Positions 1-9,169 of a DNA stretch of 50,481 nucleotides are shown one piece after another. The stretch comes from Eubacteriales bacterium (GTDB taxonomy: Bacteria > Bacillota > Clostridia > Oscillospirales > CAG-272), in NCBI GenBank assembly GCA_045532805.1, contig JAZSGQ010000023.1, forward strand, positions 1-50,481. The letters run 5' to 3'. Every line of letters begins with the position of its first letter. The stretch's first letter is position 1. Both the position numbers and the translations under genes were made by a program. Below the pieces are notes generated by a model. The model was not told the DNA's origin, searched no databases, and saw only the letters and a program-made list of their open reading frames with translations.

Positions 1-6
1 ACTGAT

Positions 7-44
7 AAAAAAGCGCGTATGCCATATGGCATACGCGCTTTTTT
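7..44. terminator. Bidirectional intrinsic terminator
   Basis: Perfect palindrome AAAAAAGCGCGTATGCCA-TA-TGGCATACGCGCTTTTTT. Confidence 0.8.
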
Positions 45-84
45 CTGTGACAGACGGGGTCGCACCAGGCGTGTGTCACGGCAG

Positions 85-113
85 TTGACATTTTTCCAAA
101 AATACGGTAAAAT
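85..113 (+). promoter_or_regulatory. Sigma70/SigA promoter
   Basis: TTGACA(85-90)-17 bp-TAAAAT(108-113). Confidence 0.7.
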
Positions 114-167
114 GTAGATAGGGTGGCATCCACTCGCCAACCCAAAATCAAGACAATGGAGGTGCTT

Positions 168-1013
168 ATGGCCAACGTTACTTCGCGTAACATCGCCCAC
201 GGTGAAAGAGTCGCTCTTTCCAACAGGTACAAAAACGCAAGAATCAACCTGCTCGTTGTGGCACTGATCACGTTGCTCAACGTCATACTTGCCGCCGTCG
301 CCAGTGACACGTATTTCCTTTTCTCCGCGGCCATTCCGTTCGTTCTTACACTGCTGGCCGCCATTTATTGCGGCATATATCCGCCCGAATATTACGAGGG
401 CGACCTGGAGGGCATTCTGTTTTTGCCCACGCAGATATTTTACATCGCGCTCACGCTTTCCTTGGCGATCATTGCACTTTACGTGCTCGCCTTCTTCCTT
501 TCCAACAAGGGCAGGGGCGGTTGGCTCGTGTTCGCACTGGTGCTGTTTTCGCTTGACACCCTGGTCATGTTCGCGTATTACGGACTTGCCGCTATGTGGA
601 TCGCGGATTATCTGTTCCACGCCTGGATCCTCGTCATTCTCGCGCTTGGCGTCCGCGCGCATTTCAAGTTAAAGTGCCTGCCTGACGAGCCCATACAGCC
701 GACACAGGAACAAGGAGAGGTGCAGACCGAAGAATCCGTACCGCTCCGCATCGCCGATATGAGCGTAAAAAACAAGGTGTTTGCACAGGCAACGGCAAAC
801 GGCAACAACATCGTATATCGCCGCGTGAAACGCACCAATGAACTTGTGATCAACGGACGGGTTTACGATGAATACACCGCACTGGTGGAATATCCACACA
901 CACTCCTGGCCGTGATCGACGGACACACGTACCTGGCGGGAACAAGCGCAGGCAGTAAAATATTCATCAGTGTTGACGACGAACAACTCGTGACAAAACG
1001 CAGATGGGTCTGA
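168..1013 (+). CDS. Hypothetical integral membrane protein (about 5 TM helices plus a soluble C-terminal domain)
   Basis: GGAGG RBS before ATG168; hydrophobic N-terminal half; hydrophilic beta-rich tail. Confidence 0.75.
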   Translation: MANVTSRNIAHGERVALSNRYKNARINLLVVALITLLNVILAAVASDTYFLFSAAIPFVLTLLAAIYCGIYPPEYYEGDLEGILFLPTQIFYIALTLSLAIIALYVLAFFLSNKGRGGWLVFALVLFSLDTLVMFAYYGLAAMWIADYLFHAWILVILALGVRAHFKLKCLPDEPIQPTQEQGEVQTEESVPLRIADMSVKNKVFAQATANGNNIVYRRVKRTNELVINGRVYDEYTALVEYPHTLLAVIDGHTYLAGTSAGSKIFISVDDEQLVTKRRWV

Positions 1014-1016
1014 TTC

Positions 1017-1051
1017 AAATAATCGCCGCCTGATGGCGGCGATTATTTTTT
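1017..1051. terminator. Intrinsic terminator
   Basis: AAATAATCGCCGCC-TGAT-GGCGGCGATTATTTTTT. Confidence 0.8.
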
Positions 1052-1061
1052 CTTGATTTCT

Positions 1062-1216
1062 CGGCAAGAATCCTTCGCCGCTACCCGTCTTTGGGCAGCG
1101 AGAAAGAAGCAAGCAGGGCAAGGCTCCAACGTGTCGCGCAGATGAAGGCGTATTAACATACGTCGAAGTTGCGCGGCGCGGGGGACAGGAAGCCGTGCGC
1201 CGCTTATTTCTTGCGG
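1062..1216 (+). repeat. Long-hairpin interspersed repeat or structured element (CAAGGC...GAAGGCGTAT-N4-ATACGTCGAAG type)
   Basis: Nested inverted repeats; core resembles 5687-5746 read on the - strand. Confidence 0.5.
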
Positions 1217-1218
1217 AA

Positions 1219-1401
1219 GCAACCTCCCAGAGGGTTCTCGCACCCCCTGTAACCAAAAGCAAAAGGCACCCGTTTGGGTGCCTTTTTCGGGGGGCTCGTC
1301 CATTTCGGCTTCGCCGAAATAAACGGTTGCTCCGCAACCTCCCAGAGGGTTCTCGCACCCCCTGTAACCAAAAGCAAAAGGCACCCGTTTGGGTGCCTTT
1401 T
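1219..1401. repeat. 68-bp exact direct repeat, two copies (1219-1286 and 1334-1401), each containing a terminator-like hairpin
   Basis: GCAACCTCCCAGAGGGTTCTCGCACCCCCTGTAACCAAAAGCAAAAGGCACCCGTTTGGGTGCCTTTT occurs twice, 115 bp apart. Confidence 0.95.
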
Positions 1402-1406
1402 GCTTT

Positions 1407-1483
<77 letters not shown>

Positions 1484-1515
1484 ATAGATTGCGACAGAGA
1501 ACCGCAAGCGGCTCT

Positions 1516-1591
1516 TGGTCGGAATGACAGGATTTGAACCTGCGACATCCTGGTCCCAAACCAGGCGCGCTACCAACTGCGCTACATCCCG
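1516..1591 (-). tRNA. tRNA-Pro (anticodon TGG)
   Basis: Reverse complement CGGGATGTAGCGCAGTTGGTAGCGCG-CCTGG-TT-TGG-GA-CCAGG-...GGTTCAAATCC...CCGACCA. Confidence 0.97.
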
Positions 1592-1623
1592 ATCGAGAAA
1601 AGCGGTTCCCTGCCTACCATAGT

Positions 1624-1652
1624 ATTATAGCAAATACCCCTTGACTTGTCAA
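1624..1652 (-). promoter_or_regulatory. SigA promoter of the tRNA-Pro/tRNA-Val transcript
   Basis: On - strand TTGACA-17 bp-TATAAT with extended TG. Confidence 0.85.
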
Positions 1653-1730
1653 GCCCCATAGCGAGATTTTTTTACTCCTTTTTTCGCTTTCTTTCACACA
1701 GACACTCAAAACATACTTCGCCCAAACCGA

Positions 1731-1759
1731 TTGACAGAACCCCCGCTTCGTGCTATACT
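1731..1759 (+). promoter_or_regulatory. SigA promoter of the nth operon
   Basis: TTGACA-17 bp-TATACT with extended TG. Confidence 0.8.
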
Positions 1760-1797
1760 TACCGTATGAGATCAAACGGCCGAAAGGAGTCCGCGCG

Positions 1798-2454
1798 ATG
1801 ACGCAAAAAGAAAAGAAAAACCGTATGGCCGCCATCGTTGCGGCGCTGAAGGAAGTCTATCCCGAACCCGTGTGCGCACTGGAATCGGGCGGCGACCCGT
1901 GGAAATTGCTCGTGATGGGGCGACTTTCCGCACAGTGCACCGATGCACGCGTCAATCTCGTCTGCCGCGAGTTGTTCGCGCACTTCCCCACCGCACGGGA
2001 TCTGGCATACGCACCGATCGAAGAGGTGGAACGCCTGGTACATTCCTGCGGCTTCTATCACGCCAAGGCCAGAAACATTGTGGATTCCTCGCGTATGCTG
2101 ATCGAGGACTTCGGCGGCAAAATGCCCGAGGATATGGAAACGCTGTTGCGCTTCCCGGGTGTCGGCCGCAAGATCGCCAACCTGTTGCGGGGCGATCTGT
2201 TTGGCCTCCCCGCCATCGTGGCGGACACGCACTGCATTCGTCTTTGCGGGCGCTTTGGTATGTACCCCGAAAAAGAAAAGAATCCCACCAAGGTCGAATC
2301 GATCCTTGTGGGGCTCGTCGAGCCCTCGGAGCAAAGCGACCTGTGTCACCGTCTGGTGCAGTTTGGCCGCGACGTCTGTACGGCTCGCGCACCCCGTTGC
2401 GGCACTTGTCCACTGAAACACATCTGTGAGAAAGGAAGAAAAAACAATGACTGA
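1798..2454 (+). CDS. nth: Endonuclease III
   Basis: LSAQCTD; HhH motif PGVGRKIAN; ADTH; C-terminal 4Fe-4S motif C-TARAPR-C-GT-C-PLKHI-C; AGGAG RBS. Confidence 0.95.
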   Translation: MTQKEKKNRMAAIVAALKEVYPEPVCALESGGDPWKLLVMGRLSAQCTDARVNLVCRELFAHFPTARDLAYAPIEEVERLVHSCGFYHAKARNIVDSSRMLIEDFGGKMPEDMETLLRFPGVGRKIANLLRGDLFGLPAIVADTHCIRLCGRFGMYPEKEKNPTKVESILVGLVEPSEQSDLCHRLVQFGRDVCTARAPRCGTCPLKHICEKGRKNND

Positions 2455-3004
2455 TCTGCATATTTCGGACGTGATTCAAGGTCGCCCCAGCGCCGAGGGA
2501 CGCTCGGCGCGCGAACTCGCGGCCTACGATTTTCTGGACGCGCTCGACATTCCCTACCGTACCGTTTGTCACGACACCGCCGAAACCATGGAGCTCTGCG
2601 CCGCCATCGACGAGCGCCTTGGTGTGAAGATGTGTAAAAATCTCTTTCTCACCAACCGCCAGCAGACTGATTTTTATCTTTTGCTGATGCCCGGGGGCAA
2701 GCCCTTCAAGACCAAGGAACTCTCGGGGCAGCTCGGCGTGGCACGCCTTTCCTTCGGCTCGGGCGAAAAAATGGAGGAGCTGCTCGGTCTTTGCCCCGGA
2801 TCCGTGAGTGTGATGGGCCTCATCAACGATAAAACTCACACCGTTCGCCTGCTTATTGACAAGGATCTCCTGCAGGACAGCGAGCTTGGCGCACACCCCT
2901 GTGTGAACACCGCAAGCATTGCCCTCTCCATGAACGATCTGCTCCACCGCGTGCTCCCCGCCACGGGACACGTGCCCACCACCGTCACGCTCATCGGCGA
3001 ATGA
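2447..3004 (+). CDS. proX: YbaK/ProX-family prolyl-tRNA editing protein
   Basis: CKNLFL, RLSF, PGSVSVMGLIND and HPCVNTAS motifs. Confidence 0.85.
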   Translation: MTDLHISDVIQGRPSAEGRSARELAAYDFLDALDIPYRTVCHDTAETMELCAAIDERLGVKMCKNLFLTNRQQTDFYLLLMPGGKPFKTKELSGQLGVARLSFGSGEKMEELLGLCPGSVSVMGLINDKTHTVRLLIDKDLLQDSELGAHPCVNTASIALSMNDLLHRVLPATGHVPTTVTLIGE

Positions 3005-3025
3005 CCGCCGAGAAAGGAGACTCTC

Positions 3026-4846
3026 ATGCCCGTTACCATTTCCAAGACCGAGATCGCTTCCTTTGTGGGCGACGTTCTGCCGCTGTATCTTGTCGCCGAC
3101 AAGGATCTCACAAACGCCGACATCACCTGGGGGATCGAGGGGGATGCCGCCACGCTCACCCGCTTTGATCGCGACGAGAACACACCCTTCACCTACGGCG
3201 TGCTCGTCACCCTGCAAGCCCCCGGAACCGCTACCGTCAAGGCACTTTTTGAAGGGAATGTCTACACCTGCGAGGTGCGCGCCCGCGAGCGCCGCACGGC
3301 AAAGAAGGGCGAGGAGCTCCTCTACCTGCGCGGCGACCTGCACGTACACCCCTCAAGAACGCACAAGCCCGACCTTTTTGATGAGGATCCGCACATTCAG
3401 GCAAACTGCATCTCGCAGATCAAAAACGAGGCGCTGCTTGATTTCAGCGTGCTCTCCGACCACGCCTGCGTGATGCGCAGCAAGGGCTTCTTCAACTCCT
3501 TCGTGGAAAAGGAACTGGCCGAACCTATGGAGCCCGTGCTCTTCCCCGGCAGCGAGTCCGAGGTCTGCATCACGGAGACCGACCGTATGGGACTGAAGCA
3601 CCAGCACGCAGGTGAGCTCGTATTCCTCAATGCAAACCGTTGCTCTCACACGAAGAGCTGGGAGGCCCTTGTCGACAATATGGCACAAAGCCCCCTGCCC
3701 TTCGGTATCTTCGCACATCCCCACGTGCTCGGCCCCTACGGCCTTTGGAGTTTCCCCTTCGAGCGCTTGCACCGCCCCGAGCTCTATCGCCTGATGCACG
3801 GCATCGAGTTGGGACACGGGTCCCTCAGCGGTGTGGACTGCATGTTTGAATACGCCTATTTCAAGGCGCTGGACCACGGCTTTGCCATCAGCCCCACCTG
3901 CGGCAGCGACTGCCACGGACCCGAATGGGGCTTTCACCGTATGCCCGCCAAGACGATCGTTATGGCCACCGAAAAAAGCCGCGAGGCCATCCTCGACGCC
4001 TTTCTTTCCAATCGCTTTTACGCGTGCGAGAGTGGCAACGTGAAACTCCGCTTCGCCATCAACGGCGAGGCGGCCCCCGCACACCTTCCCCTCACCGACA
4101 CCTACTGCTTCGACGTGGAGCTCTCGCTTGTTGACGATCGCCCCGACACGATACCCACGCATTGCCAGGTCATCTCGGATCGCGGCGAGGTCGTCCACAC
4201 CGCCGAGCACTTCGGGAGCAAGTTCCGATTCACGCTGCACTCCGACACCGCGCGCTACTTCTATCTCCGTCTGTGGGACAAGGAGGGCCGCAAGACCTGG
4301 TCCGCACCCATCTGGACGGGACGTGAATTCGATGCTCCCGTCACCGAAAGCAACGCACTTATCCCCCTGGACGGTGCGGATTTCACCGCCGTCGACACGG
4401 TCACGGGCGCGGATGCGGGCATGACGCTTCGCGGTCTTCCCACCGACGCCTTCCAAAGCACCGCCACCACGGCGCGCATCGTCATTGATATGAAGCGCAC
4501 GCAGGAGATCTGCGCACTCGGCCATTGGGGCAAGCATCTGAGCAAGCTGTGGATCAAGGAGAACTTCCCCGATTGGAAGGCGGTCATCAAGGATCTGTGC
4601 ACCGAGACCTTCTGCGGCCACGCCACGCGCATCGCTATCTCCACGTCCGTGGACGGCGAGCACTTTGAGACCCGCTTTGCGGGTGCCACCTCCTCCTTTG
4701 CCGATGAGGAGATCGTGCGCTTTGCGCCCTGCAAGGCGCGCTACGTGTGCTTTGAGGTGCTCTCCACGGTGGGACGCGACAGCTGCGTTCCCGCGTTGAA
4801 GGATCACCCCGTCAACGTAGGCTCGCTCACCATATTCACAAAGTGA
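3026..4846 (+). CDS. PHP-family (CehA/McbA-like) metallohydrolase with N-terminal Ig-like and C-terminal F5/8-type-C (discoidin)-like domains
   Basis: GDLHVH, SDH, AHPH and GSDCH metal motifs; TWSAPIW; C-terminal IVIDM...ISTSVDGEHF...KARYVCFEVLS. Confidence 0.7.
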   Translation: MPVTISKTEIASFVGDVLPLYLVADKDLTNADITWGIEGDAATLTRFDRDENTPFTYGVLVTLQAPGTATVKALFEGNVYTCEVRARERRTAKKGEELLYLRGDLHVHPSRTHKPDLFDEDPHIQANCISQIKNEALLDFSVLSDHACVMRSKGFFNSFVEKELAEPMEPVLFPGSESEVCITETDRMGLKHQHAGELVFLNANRCSHTKSWEALVDNMAQSPLPFGIFAHPHVLGPYGLWSFPFERLHRPELYRLMHGIELGHGSLSGVDCMFEYAYFKALDHGFAISPTCGSDCHGPEWGFHRMPAKTIVMATEKSREAILDAFLSNRFYACESGNVKLRFAINGEAAPAHLPLTDTYCFDVELSLVDDRPDTIPTHCQVISDRGEVVHTAEHFGSKFRFTLHSDTARYFYLRLWDKEGRKTWSAPIWTGREFDAPVTESNALIPLDGADFTAVDTVTGADAGMTLRGLPTDAFQSTATTARIVIDMKRTQEICALGHWGKHLSKLWIKENFPDWKAVIKDLCTETFCGHATRIAISTSVDGEHFETRFAGATSSFADEEIVRFAPCKARYVCFEVLSTVGRDSCVPALKDHPVNVGSLTIFTK

Positions 4847-4850
4847 TCCT

Positions 4851-4880
4851 AAAAAAAGCCCATCTACGATGGGCTTTCTT
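4851..4880. terminator. Intrinsic terminator
   Basis: AAAGCCCATC-TAC-GATGGGCTTTCTT. Confidence 0.75.
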
Positions 4881-4918
4881 GCATTTTTCACAAAGTCGCA
4901 AAAGCCGCGGCAAACACC

Positions 4919-4947
4919 TTGACAAACCGCGTCGTATAAAGTATAAT
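4919..4947 (+). promoter_or_regulatory. SigA promoter of the pur operon
   Basis: TTGACA(4919-4924)-17 bp-TATAAT(4942-4947). Confidence 0.85.
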
Positions 4948-4970
4948 ATAAGAGTAATTTATAAGATAAA

Positions 4971-5077
4971 GGGTTCCTGTGACTGACGGAGATTTGTGAG
5001 AGGCCCGCTTTTGCGGTCCGATACACAGTGGAGCAGGAATTCGTGGGGGCATTCGCTCCCCGCCGACCGTCTGGGCA
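4971..5077 (+). ncRNA. ZMP/ZTP (pfl) riboswitch aptamer
   Basis: GTGACTGACGGA...GTGGAGCAG and 3' GCCGACCGTCTGGGCA with GACGG/CCGTC pseudoknot; lies upstream of pur/fhs genes; competing terminator GGGCACACG.../...CGTGTGTCT plus U-tract at about 5073-5143. Confidence 0.9.
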
Positions 5078-5158
5078 CACGATCCTCGCACAAGGCCTTA
5101 CTGCACGCCTTGCTCGCGGCATCCGTGTGTCTTATTTTATTTTCAAGGAGGTTCCCAC

Positions 5159-5659
5159 GTGAGCAAAAAAGTAGGCATCATTATGGGCAGTGACAGCGAT
5201 CTGCCCATCATCAAGAAAGCGACGGATATGTTAAAGTCGCTGGATATTCCCTTCGAGGTGCACATCTACTCGGCGCACCGCACCCCCGTTGAGGCCGCGA
5301 CCTTCGCTTCCTCGGCCAAAGAAAACGGATTTGGCGCACTCATTTGCGCCGCGGGCATGGCCGCGCATCTCGCGGGTGCCATTGCCGCAAACACGGTACT
5401 GCCCGTGATCGGCATTCCCTGCAAATCCTCCAATCTGGACGGTCTTGACGCGCTGCTCTCCACCGTACAGATGCCCACGGGCATCCCCGTGGCCACCGTC
5501 GCCATTGACGGCGGCGGCAACGCGGCACTGCTTGCCGCCCAGATCCTTGCCACCTCGGACGATGCGCTTTACGAAAAACTCGTGGCAAAGCGCCGCGCCG
5601 ACGCCGCAAAGGTGCTCGAAAAGGACGCGACCATAGCCGCACAGGAGTCGAACGCATAA
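5159..5659 (+). CDS. purE: N5-CAIR mutase
   Basis: [35 protein letters not shown]; GTG start after AGGAGG. Confidence 0.97.
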   Translation: MSKKVGIIMGSDSDLPIIKKATDMLKSLDIPFEVHIYSAHRTPVEAATFASSAKENGFGALICAAGMAAHLAGAIAANTVLPVIGIPCKSSNLDGLDALLSTVQMPTGIPVATVAIDGGGNAALLAAQILATSDDALYEKLVAKRRADAAKVLEKDATIAAQESNA

Positions 5660-5660
5660 G

Positions 5661-5884
5661 GTTTGAAAGGATAGATTGTCACCTATCCTGCGCCGCATTT
5701 TTCTTAAATATCCGCATATTCCTCAAAAAAATGCGACTTGCCTTGGCGGCAATCTATTCCTTTGAAACTGCGAAGCACTCTACGGCAAATAAATTTTGGG
5801 ATGGTTTTGCCGTGGCAAGGCGCAGACAAGTGCGAACTTTTCAAGCCGCGACGCGCGGGAAGGCGCGAAAATTTATTGCCGCAG
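5661..5884. repeat. Two back-to-back long-hairpin interspersed elements between purE and purC
   Basis: Inverted repeats 5661-5683/5745-5768 and 5780-5797/5868-5884; CAAGGC cores in opposite orientations. Confidence 0.6.
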
Positions 5885-5966
5885 GGCTTATGCGTTCGGC
5901 TCTCGTGCGGCTAATGGAAAAACTCAACTGAACTCAAACTTATTCAACATAAAAGGAGAAAAGAAA

Positions 5967-6653
5967 ATGGCAAACAAGCTTGTTTACACAGGAAAGACTA
6001 AGGACGTATTCGCACTGGACAACGGCAACTATCTGCTCAAGTTCAAGGATGACTGCACGGGCAAGGACGGCGTGTTCGATCCCGGCGAAAATGCCGTAGG
6101 CCTCACCATCGAGGGCGTGGGCGACGTCAATCTGCGTATGTCCATCTACTTCTTCGAGAAGATCAATGCCGCAGGCATCAGAACCCACTACGTAAACGCC
6201 GATCTTGCCACCACCACCATGGAGGTGCTCCCTGCCAAGGTATTCGGCAAGGGTCTGGAGGTCATCTGCCGCTATAAGGCCGTCGGCTCCTTCTACCGCC
6301 GCTACTCCGACTACTGCACCGAGGGTCAGGATCTGCCCGCTTACGTGGAGACCACCTTCAAGAATGACGAAAAGGGCGATCCGCTCGTGACCAAGGACGG
6401 TCTTGTGGATCTTGGCGTGATGACCGCCGCCCAGTACGACGATCTCAAGGATATGACGCAGAAGATCACCAAAATCGTGGCCGACGATCTGAAGGCCAAG
6501 GGTCTTGATATGTACGATATCAAGTTTGAGTTCGGTTACGATCCCGACGGCAACGTAATGCTCATCGACGAGATCGCATCGGGCAATATGCGCGTATACA
6601 AGGACGGCCAGTACGTCGATCCCATGACGCTGAACAAACTGTTCTTCGCTTAA
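5967..6653 (+). CDS. purC: SAICAR synthetase
   Basis: [21 protein letters not shown]; AAGGAG RBS. Confidence 0.95.
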   Translation: MANKLVYTGKTKDVFALDNGNYLLKFKDDCTGKDGVFDPGENAVGLTIEGVGDVNLRMSIYFFEKINAAGIRTHYVNADLATTTMEVLPAKVFGKGLEVICRYKAVGSFYRRYSDYCTEGQDLPAYVETTFKNDEKGDPLVTKDGLVDLGVMTAAQYDDLKDMTQKITKIVADDLKAKGLDMYDIKFEFGYDPDGNVMLIDEIASGNMRVYKDGQYVDPMTLNKLFFA

Positions 6654-6674
6654 TTTTACCGAAAGAGGATTACA

Positions 6675-8108
6675 ATGGGCGGATTTTTCGGAGCGGCGCT
6701 GAAGCGCGATTGCGTCATTGACGTTTTCTTCGGCGTAGACTACCACACGCATCTGGGCACCCGTCGCGGCGGCATGGCCGTTTTTGACCGCGAGCAGGGC
6801 TTTCATCGCCAGATCCATAACATCAACAACACCCCCTTCCGCACCAAGTTCGAAAAGGACCTGGCGGAATTTTGCGGCAACAGCGGCATCGGCTGTATCA
6901 GTGACACCGATCCCCAGCCGCTGCTGGTGCGCTCCCATCTGGGACTTTACGCCATCACCACCGTCGGTATCATCAAAAACGCCGAGCAGTTGGTGGAGCG
7001 TTACTTCTCCGACCACGGCCATCAGTTTATGGCCATGGGCTCGGGTGAGGTCAACCAGACCGAACTCGTTGCGGCTCTGATCAACCAAAAGGATTCCCTC
7101 GTGGAAGGCATTCGCCACGCGCAAGAGGAGATCGACGGCTCCATGACGTTGCTGTTGCTCCCGAATGACGGCTCGATCATCGCCGCGCGTGACAAACTCG
7201 GGCGTCTACCTGTGCTGGTCGGCAAGAGCGAGGAGGGCTGCTGCGTCTCCTTTGAGTCCTTTGCCTACCATAAACTCGGCTATGCCGATCATTATGAACT
7301 GGGTCCCGGCGAGATTATCAGGGTCACGCCCGACGGCGTGGAACAACTTACCTCCCCCGGTGACAAAATGAAGATCTGCGCCTTCCTTTGGGCGTATTAC
7401 GGCTATCCCAACTCCAACTACGAGGGCAAAAACGTCGAAGTGATGCGCTACCGCAACGGCGCCATTATGGCGCGGGACGAGCGCGAGAGGGGCACCATGC
7501 CCGACGTGGACTTCGTGGCGGGCATTCCCGATTCGGGCATTCCGCACGCCATCGGCTACGCCAACGAGACGCACAAGGCCTTTGCGCGCCCCTTCGTGAA
7601 GTACACACCCTCCTGGCCGCGCTCCTTCACGCCTCCCACGCAGGCACTGCGCAATCAGGTGGCCAAGATGAAGCAGATTCCTGTGCCCGAGCTCATCGAG
7701 GGCAAGAAACTGATGTTCATCGACGACTCGATCGTGCGCGGCACGCAGCTGCAGGAAACCGTGGACTTCCTGTATGAAAGCGGCGCCAAGGAAGTGCATA
7801 TGCGCTCCGCTTGCCCGCCCCTGATGTATGGCTGTAAGTACCTGAACTTCTCCTCCAGCCGTTCCGAGATGGAACTGCTCTCCCGCCGCATCGTTGAGGA
7901 GTTGGAGGGCGAGGAAGGACACCGCCATCTTGACGAATATGCCGACGCCTCTACGGAGCGCGGACAGTGCATGCTTAAAAAGATCTGCGAAAAATTCGGC
8001 TTCGATTCCCTTGGATACCAGTCCCTTGACGGACTGCTGGAGGCCATCGGCCTTGACCGAGACAAGGTCTGCACCTACTGCTGGACAGGCAAAGACGATA
8101 ACGAATAA
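6675..8108 (+). CDS. purF: Amidophosphoribosyltransferase (N-terminal Cys replaced by Gly)
   Basis: QPL; GIPDSG; PRPP loop IDDSIVRGT; C-terminal CTYC; operon context. Confidence 0.93.
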   Translation: MGGFFGAALKRDCVIDVFFGVDYHTHLGTRRGGMAVFDREQGFHRQIHNINNTPFRTKFEKDLAEFCGNSGIGCISDTDPQPLLVRSHLGLYAITTVGIIKNAEQLVERYFSDHGHQFMAMGSGEVNQTELVAALINQKDSLVEGIRHAQEEIDGSMTLLLLPNDGSIIAARDKLGRLPVLVGKSEEGCCVSFESFAYHKLGYADHYELGPGEIIRVTPDGVEQLTSPGDKMKICAFLWAYYGYPNSNYEGKNVEVMRYRNGAIMARDERERGTMPDVDFVAGIPDSGIPHAIGYANETHKAFARPFVKYTPSWPRSFTPPTQALRNQVAKMKQIPVPELIEGKKLMFIDDSIVRGTQLQETVDFLYESGAKEVHMRSACPPLMYGCKYLNFSSSRSEMELLSRRIVEELEGEEGHRHLDEYADASTERGQCMLKKICEKFGFDSLGYQSLDGLLEAIGLDRDKVCTYCWTGKDDNE

Positions 8109-8122
8109 GAGAGGACACCGAT

Positions 8123-9169
8123 ATGGAAAAGAGTTTTTCTGAAAGCTATAAGGCCGCGGGCGTTGACATCACCGCGGGCTACCGTGCCGTAGAACTGATG
8201 AAAAAGCACATCGCACGCACCAAAAATGAGGGCTGCGTGGACGACGTGGGCGGCTTTGGCGGCTGCTTCGGCCTGCCTCTGGCAGATATGGAGGAGCCCG
8301 TACTCGTTTCGGGCACCGATGGCTGCGGCACCAAGGTCAAACTGGCTATTCTGATGGACAAGCACGACACCATCGGCATCGACGCCGTGGCGATGTGCGT
8401 CAACGATATCATCTGCTGCGGCGCGCGTCCCCTGTTTTTCCTGGACTACATCGCTTGCGGCAAGAATATCCCCGAGAAGATCGCGGAGATCGTGGGCGGC
8501 GTGGCCGAGGGCTGTGTGCAGTCGGGTGCCGCACTCATCGGCGGCGAGACCGCCGAGCACCCCGGTATGATGCCTGTGGAGGAATACGACCTCGCGGGCT
8601 TTGCCGTGGGCATCGTGGACAAGAAAAAGATCATCGACAACAATAAAATGGCCGCAGGTGACGTGGTGATCGCGCTCCCTTCCACGGGCATTCACTCCAA
8701 CGGCTTCTCGCTTTGCCGTAAGGTGTTCAACATCGACAACAACGATCCCCAACTCTACGTAGCACGTGAGGAACTCGGCGGCAAGACCATTGCCGAGGCA
8801 CTGCTCACCCCCACCCGTATCTACGTCAAGCCCGTCCTGGCCTTGCTCCAAAAGGTGAACGTCAAGGGCATCTCGCACATCACGGGCGGCGGCTTCTATG
8901 AGAATATCCCGCGCTCGATCCCCAAGGGTCTCACGGCAAAGATCAACAAGGCCGCCGTCAAGGTGCTGCCCATCTTTGACCTGATCGCAAAATTCGGCAA
9001 CATTCCCGAGCGCGATATGTTCAACACCTATAACATGGGCGTTGGTATGAGCATCGTTGTGCCCGCCGACGAAATGCAGACCGCACTGGACGTGCTGAAG
9101 GCACACGGCGAGGACGCATACGTGATCGGTGAGATCGTCGCAGGCGACGACGGCGTGGTGCTTTGCTGA
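8123..9169 (+). CDS. purM: AIR synthetase
   Basis: [37 protein letters not shown]. Confidence 0.97.
   Translation: MEKSFSESYKAAGVDITAGYRAVELMKKHIARTKNEGCVDDVGGFGGCFGLPLADMEEPVLVSGTDGCGTKVKLAILMDKHDTIGIDAVAMCVNDIICCGARPLFFLDYIACGKNIPEKIAEIVGGVAEGCVQSGAALIGGETAEHPGMMPVEEYDLAGFAVGIVDKKKIIDNNKMAAGDVVIALPSTGIHSNGFSLCRKVFNIDNNDPQLYVAREELGGKTIAEALLTPTRIYVKPVLALLQKVNVKGISHITGGGFYENIPRSIPKGLTAKINKAAVKVLPIFDLIAKFGNIPERDMFNTYNMGVGMSIVVPADEMQTALDVLKAHGEDAYVIGEIVAGDDGVVLC

Noticed and set aside
1516-3004. Functional link between tRNA-Pro and the nearby proX editing gene
   Set aside because: Divergent, separate transcription units; proximity alone is not evidence
5796-5966. N-terminal extension of PurC in the ORF track (similar extensions for purL, pyrE, parA, parB, 18987 and 37276)
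   Set aside because: Downstream starts have clear RBSs and match family N-termini
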